Source of the DNA: Octopus bimaculoides
Lineage: Eukaryota
Direction of reading: 5' to 3'
Assembly: GCF_001194135.2 (NCBI RefSeq)
Contig: NC_068981.1
Coordinates: 127,313,846-127,364,071, forward strand
DNA length: 50,226 nucleotides
In this document: in pieces, positions 34,801 to 49,200 of the stretch
Numbering within the stretch: the first letter of the stretch is position 1
Layout of the letters: each line of letters starts with the position of its first letter
The notes under the pieces: generated by a model
Seen by the model: the letters and a program-made list of their open reading frames with translations, nothing else
Databases searched by the model: none
Told to the model about the DNA's origin: nothing
Program-made: the position numbers and the translations under genes

Positions 34801-37560
34801 TCGCCTACTATTCCTGGGAGTGCTGTCAGAGCAGAGTCCTCAAGTATCTCCTCCAGGTACCTCCTATCAGAAGCAATCATCATTACATTTTCTAGTTAGA
34901 TTCCTAAGCATTACTAACTGAGATTATGGCTATTATCCAACCATTTCATTCTTGGTCTACCTTAGGTTTCCTGCTGGTTGGCTTGGTTTGAAGAATCTAT
35001 TTTGTGATTCTTTCCTGTGACATTCTAATCACATGTCTGTAGTACTGGAGCTATGACTTTTCAATACAGAGAAGTAGTGACTTGACCTGAAGAGACTCCC
35101 TGTTTAAGATGGTTGTGTGCCCATCTTAAACAGGGAGTCTGTTTAAGATGGGGTTAGGGTGAGGATTTTTTTTCCCTTGTAAGAGATTTAACGGAATTTC
35201 TTGTCTGAAATTATACTGTTGGTATCCATGTTTATTTTTTTATATTTGAAGAAAGAAAAATGATTGTAGATACATAATTATGTACTGTAATCTGTAACAA
35301 TCTTACCTTTGTACCTGAGATTCCTCAACATTAGTCCTACGTAAATCATTAAACCATCTTCTTTCTATTTCTTACTACAATAAAGTCATTATTGTGTGGA
35401 GCCCTTTGTGTGTGATTATACAACTTGGTAATGGAAGATGCTTGTTTGTGATAAGGTACACTAACCAATCTATACAGCTTGTTATCAGAAACCTTTATCA
35501 AAACAAAATTGCAATGAGAGAGAAATGAGGGGAAATTTGGGAGCTCTAGTGTGAAAGTAGGTGCTGGAATAACTTTCTGCTGTCTTTCTTGGCACAAAGG
35601 AAACATAAAGTTTGTTATATAAGCTAATTTGTCCCTTTTTTTGGCCATGAGATAGCACTTTCTAGGGCTAAGATGTATTTATCTGTATATACTACATTTA
35701 AGGCGGCAAACTGGTAGAATTGTTAGCATGATGGACAAAATGCTTAGTGGCATTTTGTCTGTCTTCACGTTCTGAGTTCAAATTCCATTGAAGTTAACTT
35801 TGCTTTTCATCCTTTTAGAGTCAATAAAATAAGTACCAGTCATGCACTGGAATCAATGTAATCGACTTGTCCCTTTCCAGAAATTGCTGACCTTGTGCCA
35901 AAATTTGAAATTGATATATACTATGTTTAGGGAAACTGAACAAGTGAGATTTAAGTACTTAAAGCATTGATGAGAAGACACATCCATTAGGTTGACACTA
36001 TATTCACTTAACTAACAGCAACTTATTTCAAAGTCATTGTCATTATTTGGCCTCAGATAATTCTTGATAATCTGGGGAAACTATATTATCTAGTGTGTCA
36101 TTTTTACAGATAGTAGGGTGTAATTTGAGTGAGATTTCACTGTTATTTCTAGCAGGTTGGGTGACTTAATAGAACAAAATGCATGCAAAATTTTGCTTAC
36201 GAAATTTCACTGCATTTAAATCTGAACTGCTTTACTAAAATGCTGGAAAATAAATACATGCTGAACTGCATTGTACAAAGGTTGTATGCTTGTAGTAAAA
36301 AGGCTAATGTGCATGCATGCTCACACACATGTGGGACAAAGAATACGACTAGCTGGTCATGATGCCTTGTATGTAACTAGATCATTGACATACAAAAAAT
36401 TAGGAAAGGAACTTAAACAGATGAAAGGAGAAGATAATTAGATCACAGGCTTTAAGATGCTGAGCTTTTCTGAGAGGACTTTAAGGCTGTATACAGACAC
36501 TAGGAAAACATTCTTGATCAACTGATCAAGAACAATGAAGGAGAACCGATGCACAAACATATGCAGAAAACACTACCTTACTAACTAGAAATGTATATAT
36601 AGATGTAGATGAGTTCCATGTTGTCTATGTGCTAAAGTATCTACTGCAGCGAATCAATGAGTTCTGTGTTCTGAGTTTTACATCTAATGTGTATAACTGC
36701 TTCAATAAAGAATGACCCACATTTGTTAATTTATTCTTCTAGCAATCTATCAATCTATCTATTCTGTTGACCTTCTCCTTCAAAATATGTCTTGTTTATC
36801 AATTACTGCTGCACTTCCAAAATTATCCTGCTATATAAGCCATTATTAAAAAACATTACTTCATTATTTTTGTTCCTGTCCATATATATATATATATATA
36901 TATAATCACTATTTGTGTCTGACATAAGTAATTATGCACATACTGAATATAATAGGCATCTTTGTCATCTATATACATAAAGATGAGAATGTGTCAGTCT
37001 GTATGTCTGCCTATGTGAATCCCTAAAACTCAAGAACTACACAACCGATTTCATTCAAATTTTACACATGCCTTACTTAGAGTCCGTGTAGTGAAATGGG
37101 CCAAAAAATTTTCAACTTGCCTAATGCGAGCCCAGCGCAATCTCTCTATTGTAATGTCAGATACTTTCACTTTGATAGTTTAACTTTTAATACTGAAACT
37201 ATTATCTCACATACATACATACTAAGTATATATGTATATATATAAATGTATATGTATAGTATATATGTATATGTATGGATGTATAGGGAGAATTCACAAA
37301 AAAACAACAGACGAAGACAGGTGATGTAGAAAACAAATAGATGTATTAGTATAACACTCAGGAATTGAGAAAGTCTTTAACATTTCGAGCCTACGCTCTT
37401 CCACAAAAAGGAACACAGAAAGAAACAAGGAGAGAAAAAAATGTGTGTAGTGGTCAGCGATCTATCATGGCGAATATATATATATACATGTATATATATA
37501 TAGAGAGAGATTTATGTTTATATATGTATATATATGTGTTTATATATAGAGAGGTATATG

Positions 37561-37607
<47 letters not shown>

Positions 37608-37659
37608 NNNNNNNNNNTATATATGTATATGTAATATATATACACATATATACATGCAT

Positions 37660-37706
<47 letters not shown>

Positions 37707-40700
37707 GGTCCAGGTGTGGCTGTGTGGTAAGAAACTTGGTTCCAAAGCACATGATCCTGGGTTCAGTCCCACTTTGTGGTAACTTGGTATGTGTTTTCTG
37801 CTATAGCCTCAGACCAACCAAAGCCTTGTAAGTGAATTTCGTAGACAAAAACTGAAAGAAATCAATCGTATATATATTTAAGTGTATGTGTGCGTTTGTG
37901 TTTCTCCCTCATCACTGCCTGACAACTGCTGTTGGTTTATTTACATCCCCATAACTTACTGGTTTGACAAGAAGAGACCTGTAGAATAAGTACCAGGCTT
38001 ATCAAAATATAAAAAAAAGGCACTGGGGTCAATTCATTTGACAAAAAATTCTTCAAGGCAGTGTCTTATATTTTTGCTTGTCCACTCAATCGTATCTATA
38101 TAAAAGTCAATGTCTTTATGTGTGTTCGTGTGTTACTTATAGACTCAAAAACTATTGCACCTATCCTAATGAAATTTGGAACACAAAATACAAGCCTAGG
38201 GAGAAGGGTAATGCCATATGTTTCATACAATTTCATGGACCAAAATTACTGAATGGATCCTTATGATATTTGGAACTTATATTCAATGCATAAGAGCAGG
38301 TATAATGCAGTATGTTTAGTTTGAATTTGAGGTGGCTGGGGGGNNNNNNNNNNNNNNNNNNNNNNNNNNNNNNNNNNNNNNNNNNNNNNNNNNNNNNNNN
38401 NNNNNNNNNNNNNNNNNNNNNNCCCCCCCCCCCCCGAAAATTCATAAATTTCCAATGTTGATGAAATTTCAACTATAGGTAATTGACACACATCAGGAAG
38501 TATTCCCAAAGTTTCTGCTTCTCATGAGGATTCTAAGACCCGCTAATGGGGGCCTTAACTCCCAAATTTTAGTCATTTCTTATGATCCAAAACTAGGTCA
38601 AAAGTACTGAATGGATCTTTATGCAGTACATGTTTGAAAGTGAGGGGGCATAAATGAGGCCATAATCCCCATGAAAAATTCATATATTTTTGCTGTTGAT
38701 GACATTTTAACCATAGATATTAGACACAAATGAAGTAATATTCCTAAAATTTCAACTTCTTACAAGTTAGCAAGACCCCTTAATGAGGGGCTTAACGCCC
38801 ACAATTTAGTCATTTTTCCTAAACCAAAATGAATACAATTTGTTGGGCCCACCAGCTTTTTTTTTTACAGCATTGGGAGTTAAAATGAAATTTCCTTATG
38901 AACTTATGAATTTTCCATACAAGCATTTTCGTGTCCTAACTAGGCAAGTGATGTTAATGTTGATATTTAGTCCAGGTTAGCATTGATCATACAGGCTTAT
39001 GATCAAAGGTATTCCAGCCATGACCATCCCATTTTTCCTGTGTGCCAGAAAGTATATTATTTAAAATGCTCTTCCTTTATCAAAGACAATAGAGTGTGTT
39101 TGAAAGAGAGTTGGCTCTTATTTCTAGCAGGTCAAATAACCAACCTGAGGTTAACTGATCTTGATTTAGTAGAAGTAAAATGACTAAGAAAATAAATTAT
39201 TGGACAGCCAACTCATGAGTTTTGAGTTCAAATCCATAGCTGATAGTTTTGTTACCTAACTCTATGTACTTCAAATTATTTGACTTGTTAAGAATATATT
39301 CCAGATCTTTTGGGAGTGTTATTATCAGTAGCAGACTAGTGTCTCATTGAGTGGTATAATTTAACTTTTCCACCAAAACAAAGCAGGATGTAAGGACTCA
39401 ACGTATCTGAATACATCTTTCTACAAATTTCGTCTGAATTTCTGAGATGAGAAATTCTTATTGTACACTGACTGATGTATTACAAATGCCTTCACTTTGG
39501 TTGTTTTAGTCCCTCTTTTTGTTCTGTTGCTTGTTCCTTATACCTGACCTAGTGTGTATATTTAGGGAGAATATCTCTATACTCTGATCCAAGCAGAGCA
39601 AGCAAACTACATCACAAATAGGAGGATATTTAATGAGAGAATATCCCTGGTATGGACAACACCATGTCAACCATCTGTTCATTTGCTATGGAGTTCAAAA
39701 TTCCAAGAATTTTACCACAAGCTTAGCTGTGTAGCTAGAAGTTTCTTTCTTAACCACATGGTTCCGGTTTCAGTCCTATTGTGTGGCACCTTGAGCAAGT
39801 GTATTCTGCCTTGGGTCAACCAAATCCTCGAGAAATTTGGTAGTCAGAAACTAGCAGAAGCTTGGTGTGTGTGTGTGTGTACATACATACATATATACAT
39901 ACTTATCTTTCATAGTCATATATGTTAAACCTATGAGTTTTTTCTTTCTTTCTCCCTCTCACAAATATCACCATCTTGAATTATGGTATTTTAAAACTTT
40001 TGACAAGTATTGCTAATTCCCCAGCTGCTCATGAAATTCTTCGTGTTATCTGTCTTTTCACTGATATGCTCTAACAATATGCTATTATGCCATATAATTA
40101 TCTTTATACCAGAACTAGAGGTATAATTTTGAAATAGATACTCAATTTGGCAGCTTGACTTCAAAATATTGACTCTCTCAACCTCCATGCTCTCCCAGAA
40201 GCTTTTTCATAAAAATTTTTTATTGTTTATTCTTTAAATTCAAGTCACATATGATTTAGCGATAAGATAAATACTATCTACAGTTAGTTGCTCAGTATTC
40301 TAAATTCCATAGTATATATTATATACTTTGATTCACCTTCAAATACAATTTGAAACCAACTTCCCAGTCCTTCTGATACCCCACGCTACTCCAAATGAAA
40401 TAAGTATTCCTGGATAATTACCTCTTTGAGTATCAGCTTTAGTTTAATATTTCTTTGATCTGTATGATTTCCTAAATAGTAGTCTTTTTTCCATATTTGT
40501 TCAGACTCTGGTCCTAATTTGACTGTTTGCAAGCCAGCATATTTCTCTGCTATTGTCTAAAGTATTGTATCATTCTCACTACTAAACCTTCTTTCCTACT
40601 TTATTGAAACATCACAAAAGATATTTTCCCACACAAAAACTTGGTGTAGAACACTGTATGCTCTTATTGAGTCTGTGAAATTGTTGATAGTAAACATAAG

Positions 40701-43700
40701 TATTGTAGTACTTGAATGACATTGTATTATCACTTAACCAATTGTTGAAACACTCCCATTGACGACTTGATGGTTGGGTGTTATCTCCGAGAAAGTTGTT
40801 GCCATTGAATAGGTTGATCACTGGGATTATAAACAGGCTTAGAAAAAATTTTGCTATTGAATGAATACTTATGAAAAAAAAAAACACCATAAATTTAATA
40901 TTCTACTCGTGATTTTCTTTTCTTATTTTTACACCACTTATCTCAAGTTTGATAGTGGCACTTATTTATATTGTACTTGAAATTTTGAAATGTACTTTCT
41001 TTGTCAAGATTTGGAAACAAAACTGAGATTCATTGACAAGCTCTTCAACTATACATACATACAATTTTGATGACTCTTGCAGAGTTATTTTGCCAGCAGT
41101 TGAAGTATAAAGCTTATCAGATCACAACAAATTTCATATCTCAATTGATGAGTAACTAGAGAGTAATAGCTTAGTATGGAAAGTTTGTTAATTCAATGAC
41201 ATTATATTAGAGCTGTCTTAGGATTTAGAACTGCAAGTTCAAATCTCAAGGTTTGTATCAGATAAATTATGCATCAGTGTGTGTGGGTGGAGTAGGGGAA
41301 AACAAGGACAGATCTTATCTTGTGCGATGAATTTCTCACTTCATTGTTTAATTGGAGGCATTTACATAGTGCCAACATGTAAAGATCTATTTACTTATTA
41401 TAATAGAAGAAGAAATGCTTTATTCTTCATTTCTAGATACATGTTGTGTATGTATGTATGTGTGTGTGTATGTATACACACACACACACACACACATTGT
41501 TATTCGTTCCAGGATGAAACTTGAAGTACTGGAGAAACAGGAACTTCAACTATAAAATGTTTACTTTACATAATGTACTGAGTGTACTCTTAACTTTATT
41601 CACATTACTTTGTAACATTGCTTCCAAGTTGCTTTGTGTGTGTGTGTGTGCGCGTGCGCACATGTGTGCGCGCGTGCGCATGTGTGTCCAATTACAGTTA
41701 CCCAAGTTTAACTATATACAAAAAAAAAAAAATTTGTTATTTTCTCAAGAAGTATATATTGTTGATATTGTTACTCGAACTTGATTGTAATTTGGTAATA
41801 AATGACCCAACTGCAGGAATGGCTATCTCTGCTTCATTGGGATCTGGATGAATAGTACTAAGGATAAGGAAGAGTAACAGAGCTATGTCCATTAATTTCA
41901 AAGATTTTCCTCTTTAACAGTGTCTTTTGGATTGTAGGATTCTTGGTTTCCAACAGCTTTATCAATGGCAACATTTAATCTCTACACAAGAGACATTTTT
42001 GTTGGAGTTGATGCTTAAATTATCATGGATTTGGATTGTCTTTTTGTGATATTTTGTAGTGAAGTTTCTGAAGGCAAAATTAGAAATGAATCATGTACAT
42101 CCAAAATTAAACAAAGAGGACCATTTAGATACATCTTCAATCCAATCACATTTTAATTTTTTTTTTTTTTCTTTACTGATCACTTTTTGACATCCTCTCA
42201 TCAAGAGGGTCATTGGTATATTTTGTCAATTCAATTCTCCTAAAATAAAAATAAATATACCTACTGCTGATGCAACAGCATGAAGAGTATTAAAGTCATC
42301 ATCTGTAAAACCAAGAGTTTGTTTGACATCGACCATAACTTTTGCAGTATAGCTTTGAAGGAATGAAAATCATTCTAACATTGTAAATAAACTATTCCAT
42401 CATTTCTAGGTATCATTTACTAAATGCGATTCATGACCATACTTTTTTTTTTTTATTGGAGACCTACAAAATAAACTGACAATTGTTCTCAATTTTTTTT
42501 AATGATATCACAATGTTTGAATTTTCTTCAGTGGGTCTGGTCTTCTGCACTAGGAAGTATTTCAATAAGTTCAATCTGCTGCAAATTGACATAATTATAT
42601 AGTTATTAACTATAATATAATTAACTAGATCTGTAACTGCAGAATCTACATTTTGATAATTATCCTCAAATGTGCTTTCAAATTTGTCATTATTGCAGCA
42701 GTCTTTTATTAAACTAGATGCATTACTATTGGGTTGGTACATAATTATTGCGGCTTTTTTTTTTCAACAAATTTTATTTTAAAAAAACAGTAACAATATT
42801 TAACAAAAACATCTTTAAATGACGGTCTGACCGTCTGCCAAGCAAATGGGAAGCAGTTATTGAAGTAGATGGTGAATATGCTCCGGAATAATCATTTAAA
42901 GATGTTTTTGTTATCCTTCACAAATTTAACTGACATTTGCTCCATCAATTACAACTGTCATTATGCTCTTTTCTAAATCAAGGTTGAATTCTGAAAGTTT
43001 AGTTTTTGAAAGTTCTATAATTTTTCAGCAAATAAACTTCCATAAACTCTGATCATTCGTAAAAAATTCCAGAAGTTATCAGATGAGTGTATATTTATAT
43101 TCAGATAGTTTCTATGATACAAAGATTGTGTATATTCAACAAAAGAAATACTGAATTTTTCAGAGCTTTTCTTTCTGTTCCTAATTTCACCAATCACAGT
43201 TATTTTTTTCTTTATCAAATCACTTTGACATTGAATATCTGTGTTAAATGTGAACTGTTATTTCCTAATAATAGCACATCTAACCATTGCGTTCCTAGAA
43301 AATCTAATAATAGCAACTAATTTGAATACTATTTATTCACTTGGTTTTTCCATAAAAGTTATATTCTGTTGGTCGATTTTTTTCAAAGGAAATTCATCTA
43401 CTTTAATTATACTAGTTACTGAGATATTATCTATAAGAACGATCTTTAAATAGCATAAACAACTGCTTGCTGAATCAGCCAAGCACTTTAACCTTAAGAA
43501 GTCTTGTCATTTATAACAGGCTTTTACAGTTTATTATAAATTATAGCTGGGAAATTCCTAAGAAATATAGAATACAATCCTTGGAATTCCCAACTGCATT
43601 TCTAACCAAATTTCTCACAATTCAGAATCTGAGGAGCCCAAAACAGAAGCTCTAGAGCCAACAGTTTTTATCCCTGATTACCAAAACTAGATTCATGTAT

Positions 43701-46241
43701 GTAGCAAAGACACCTGTACTAGCCTTATCCACTAACCTATAAATAGCAACCACATAGAGGTGGGTTGACTCTGCCTTTCATCTTTTCAGGGTCGATAAAT
43801 TAAGTACCAGTCAAGTACTGGGGGTTGATGTAACCAACTATCACCTCCCCTAGGCCTTGTGCCTATTGTAGAAAGGATTGTTATTGCCTTTCATCCTTTC
43901 AGGATCAATAAATTCAGTACCAGTGAAACACTGGGGTCAATATAATCGATCAGTCACCTGCCCAGAATTTTCAAGCCTTGTGCTTTTAGTAGAAAGGATT
44001 ATTATTATTGGCTAGGAAGGAGTCAAATCTTACTAAGAGTATTTGTTAGGGGAATATGCTGCTAAAATAAGATTTATCTTCTATTGATGACTGATATGTC
44101 TTTTTGGGGAGGGGTTACCCAAAGATAAATTATTTCTATCTGAATATTGATGAGATGACAAGTGTGATATGTATGGATTTATGACTTACTAACCACTTGG
44201 TTCGGGTTCAGTCCCACTGCATGACACCTTGTGTAGGTGTCTTTTCCTATAGTCCCAAGCCAACTAAAGCCTTGTGAGGATTTGGTTGAGAGAAACTCAA
44301 AGAAGTGTGTGTGTGTGTGTGTCTGTGTGTGTCTTTATGTTTGTGTTTGTCCCTCACCCCCACTTGACAACCTGTATTGGGTTTTTTTTTTGCATCCTTA
44401 TAAAAGACTGAGATAATAAATACCAGGGTAAAAAAAAAAAAGTACTAGGGTCTATTCATTTGACACTAAAACCCTTTGAGGCAGTGCCCCACCATGGTTA
44501 TAGTTCAATGACTGAAACAAATAACAGATAAAAAAAAAAAATATAGTTTTTCTGTAACTGAATTTTGATGAGATGACATGTATTTNNNNNNNNNNNNNNN
44601 NNNNNNNNNNNNNNNNNNNNNNNNNNNNNNNNNNNNNNNNNNNNNNNNNNNNNNNNNNNNNNNNNNNNNNNNNNNNNNNNNNNNNNNNNNNNNNNNNNNN
44701 NNNNNNNNNNNNNNNNNNNNNNNNNNNNNNNNNNNNNNNNNNNNNNNNNNNNNNNNNNNNNNNNNNNNNNNNNNNNNNNNNNNNNNNNNTGACTGAGGAC
44801 TGGTGAAACCAGATGGCTACACCAGGCTCCAATCTGATTTGGCAGAGTTTCTACAGCTGGATGCCCTTCCTAACACCAACCACTCAGAGAGTGTAGTGGG
44901 TGCTTTTACGTGTCACCCGCACGAAGGCCAGTCAGGCGGTACTGGCAATGGCCACGCTCAAAATGGTGTATTTTATGTGCCACCTGCACAAGAGCCAGTC
45001 CAGGGCCACTGGCAACGATCTCGCTCGAAAATCCTACAAAGGCCAGTCAGGCGGTACTGGCAACGGCCACGCTCAAAATGGTGTATTTTATGTGCCACCC
45101 GCACAAGAGCCAGTCACCTTTTGCATCAAGCACATTTTCATAAATAGTTACATATACATATGCATGTGTGAAGTGTATGTATATCCTCACACTCACACCT
45201 ACACACATAATCTCCAAATTTTACCATGTGTAATTTTTTTTCAAATATATATTTTTATCTTATTATTTTGTCCTTGCAGTCTGAGAAATTACTGTGTGAA
45301 AACAAATCTACATCCATCCGAAAGACATCTTCTTTTGATGCCAGAACATTGTTCCTGCCCAATGACTTAGATGCTAGTCCTGTAAAACCAAAGTCCCGCA
45401 ATTTGTAAGTGTGATTCAATCATATATATATATATATATATATAACGTGAGAGAGTTAGGGGTTGGGGGTTCAACCCACTAAGGGATAGTATCTATCCAG
45501 TATACTGCTGGGAGGGCACCCAACTATTGCTACACTAGTGCTATACTAGGTGCAATCAATGGGAGCGGGTAAAAGTGGAGGTTTTACCCAAAATTTGTGT
45601 AACAATTAGAAAATGGAGGATAATATGCTGAACCCAACTACTTGCAGACGGTGTATCCCGTTGAATTCATTAATTTAATTCATAGCAAAAGTGCCAAAAA
45701 AGGAAGAAAAGAAAAAGAAAGAAAGAACCAAAGCACAGGTGTCCATGGNNNNNNNNNNNNNNNNNNNNNNNNNNNNNNNNNNNNNNNNNNNNNNNNNNNN
45801 NNNNNNNNNNNNNNNNNNNNNNNNNNNNNNNNNNNNNNNNNNNNNNNNNNNNNNNNNNNNNNNNNNNNNNNNNNNNNNNNNNNNNNNNNNNNNNNNNNNN
45901 NNNNNNNNNNNNNNNNNNNNNNNNNNNNNNNNNNNNNNNNNNNNNNNNNNNNNNNNNNNNNNNNNNNNNNNNNNNNNNNNNNNNNNNNNNNNNNNNNNNN
46001 NNNNNNNNNNNNNNNNNNNNNNNNNNNNNNNNNNNNNNNNNNNNNNNNNNNNNNNNNNNNNNNNNNNNNNNNNNNNNNNNNNNNNNNNNNNNNNNNNNNN
46101 NNNNNNNNNNNNNNNNNNNNNNNNNNNNNNNNNNNNNNNNNNNNNNNNNNNNNNNNNNNNNNNNNNNNNNNNNNNNNNNNNNNNNNNNNNNNNNNNNNNN
46201 NNNNNNNNNNNNNNNNNNNNNNNNNNNNNNNNNNNNNNNNN

Positions 46242-46272
<31 letters not shown>

Positions 46273-49200
46273 TAAAATGGGACAAGAACGCAAAGCATCC
46301 AGACAGTTAGGTGATACAAAAAAGGGACAACAAAACATCCAGATAGACGATACAAAGAAAACAAGGACAGGTCATTTGGAGTTTTCTTTCCTCAGTCAAG
46401 TTCCAGATTATCTTTGCAATTTCGGCTGGTTATACTCGAGATTGCTCCAATCTGGCCAGCCCCAAGAAAAAAACTAAGCTAAGGGCATATATATAGTTTT
46501 TAATTTGTCTCTGCTAATTTTCACTCACAACTATTTATAGCACCATTCATATTCTGCTCATATTAGCATGACAAAAGAGATACAAAATCACTGTAAAAAC
46601 ATTTAAGAGCAATTGCATGTCGTAGTGAAAATGTTGTGTGTGTGGTACGCATACAAACATTGAATCTTGAATATGTATGGAAAATGCCATTTATTTCTTC
46701 AATTTTTTTTATTCTTTATTCTTCAGAGCTTGGAATGTGAAAAGAAGGCTACACTTTCTCCGACGCCATCATACAGACTCATCACTTACTGAAAAATTTC
46801 CAAAAATCGACATGGTGAACGCAGCAAAGTGGGGCAAATCTTTTGAAGCATTAATTAGGGATAAAGGTTTGTGTAATTAATATAAATAACTCAATGAGAC
46901 TTTCAGTTTAATTTATGTACTGTTGAATAAGACAGATATAGGGTGATTAATTGTTGTCACATTAGTTTATAGTGTCACTAGAACAACAATAAAACTAAGG
47001 GGAATTTAATACATAAGAATAATATACCTATCAATGAAAAGAGGTTCATATGGTTGGGAAACAAACTTCGTACACAACCATATCTGCACCTGGTCGTGCT
47101 TTCCACTATATATAAATGCATGCATACATACATTTATTCATTCATATTCTACTAGGATTATCCAAAGGTGACAGTCTATCTGGTTCTAAACCGTCTGTCA
47201 TTTCTTCATTGAAAATCCACAGGCTATGTTGTAGAGAAGATGCTTGTCTCATCAGATTCTGATTATATTACCAAAGAGTTAAAATGAAATAGGAAGATAT
47301 AAACTATATATAAATGAAAACATTTGGACTAAGCTAGCTTAGAATTTGCTAAATAAATAAAATGTATGTTTCTGGTTTCTCTAGTCTTAAAAATGTTTTA
47401 AAATATTGGCTTTCCCACAATGTTTTTAATAGACAACTTTTTATTATTTTCTTAGTATTAAAATAGGTGTTTGGCATAGATATTTGCTGTGTCTATTTTT
47501 GTTGGTCATTGACTGCTTAATAACATTTATATTAATTATTCATAACTTGCTTAACAACTGAAATTTTTCTTTTATAGATGGTTTAGAAATCTTCAGAAAA
47601 TACATGAGGTCAGAATTTAGTGATGAAAATATTGACTTTTGGTGGGCTGTGGAAGACTACCGAATGGCTAGTGAATCTGAGCTTGAAAAGAAAGCCAATA
47701 TTATTTTCAAAACATTTGTTGCAAAGTCTGCTGCAAGGGCTGTAAGTATTTGCTTTCTTCCTTAACTTTTTTATTACCATATTACTATTGATATACATTG
47801 CTTTTGTTTCAATTAACTTTGAAAATAATGGAGAATTTATCAAAATAACCTGCTATTTGGAATATAAATGAGTATGAAATTTGCACTGAAGATTTTAATT
47901 TAACTCACTTTAACACAGAAAATGTGTATAATACAACCAGGACTGGTCCTGGACAGATTGGTCTCAAAAGATTTAATGAATCTATAGTAATCTTATATGT
48001 GGCTGTTTCTACTAGCATAGTCTACATTCCTGCTGGCTCAAAAGCTAAGAACTGTGATGAAGTTCAATATTTATGAAGACTAAAGCAGTGAGATGGCTGA
48101 ATCATTAACACACTAGGCAAAATGCTTAATGACTTTTCATCCATCTTTATGGCTTGAGTTCAAATTACCAAGGTCAACTTTGCCTTTCAACCTTTCAGAG
48201 GTCAATAAAATAAGCACCAAATTTGCTGGCCTTGTGCCAAAATTTGAAACCAATATTTAAGAAAACTACTAGAGATTATTTATACCTTTTAACATGGGCT
48301 ATTTTTGTTCCCAAAGCAAAGCTAGTTTTTAATTTTGCTACTCCATTTTCTGAGTTCAAATCTTTGCCTTTTAATTCTTCAAAGTTGATTTGAAAAAAAT
48401 ACTAGTTTAATAATGGGGCCAATTCAGTCTATCATTCTTGCCTAAGACAGCAGTTCTTAAACTGACAAATAATAAATTCCACTCCTCCTTCCCATCCACA
48501 CAAAAAAACCATAGTGAAATCTTCCTCTGTGTGTGTGTGTGTGTGTCCCACCACCACCATACAAACTATATCCTTTATTAATGAGAAGACAAAAGTCTGC
48601 ATCCATATAATTCTCCTTTCTTTGCCATAGTGTTGGACAAGTTTAAAAACATCTAAATTTTATTGAACACAACAATTTCTCTGATGTTTTTCAAACCTTA
48701 CATGCCCTCCCTGCTTTTATTAAAAGTTCTGGGCTAATATATCTTATCTTATGTTGTTGATGTTTGAGCTTCTGATCAATTCTGATTGAGAAGACCTATG
48801 ATCAATGTGTCCTTTTTTTTAAACAGATGTGATTTGAAAGAGATTTAGTTGCTCTTTCTGAAAGATCATGCAACCACATAGAGGCTTTCCCAGGGCTTGT
48901 CTTTTCCTATGTTATTTATTGAACAGGCATAAATCTTTTAGTGGCTTTTTATCTCTTTCAATCTTTTGTTCCATGCTCCATCCCTTCTCTTTTCACCTTC
49001 TTTTACTTGGACTCTGACAACCTTGAAGGGTTTAGTCGAACCAATTGGCCCCAGTACTTTTTCTGTTTTTTAAAGTCTGGTACTTACTATATTGTGAAGG
49101 TGCAATGGCCCAGTGATTAGGGCAGCAGACTCGCAGTCATAGGATCGCGGTTTTGATTCCCAGACCGGGCGTTGTGAGTGTCTATTGAGCAAAAACACCT

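Noticed and set aside
42250-42350. LGFTDDDFNTLHAVASAV...LG initially resembled a myosin motor segment
   Set aside because: Flanking WNSL, DGA and dimerisation motifs place it in a hAT transposase.
49095-49170. tRNA-like A/B-box sequences (also 5690-5758, 9885-9952, 37702-37770)
   Set aside because: These are SINE heads continuing into SINE bodies and tails; no complete cloverleaf with acceptor stem.
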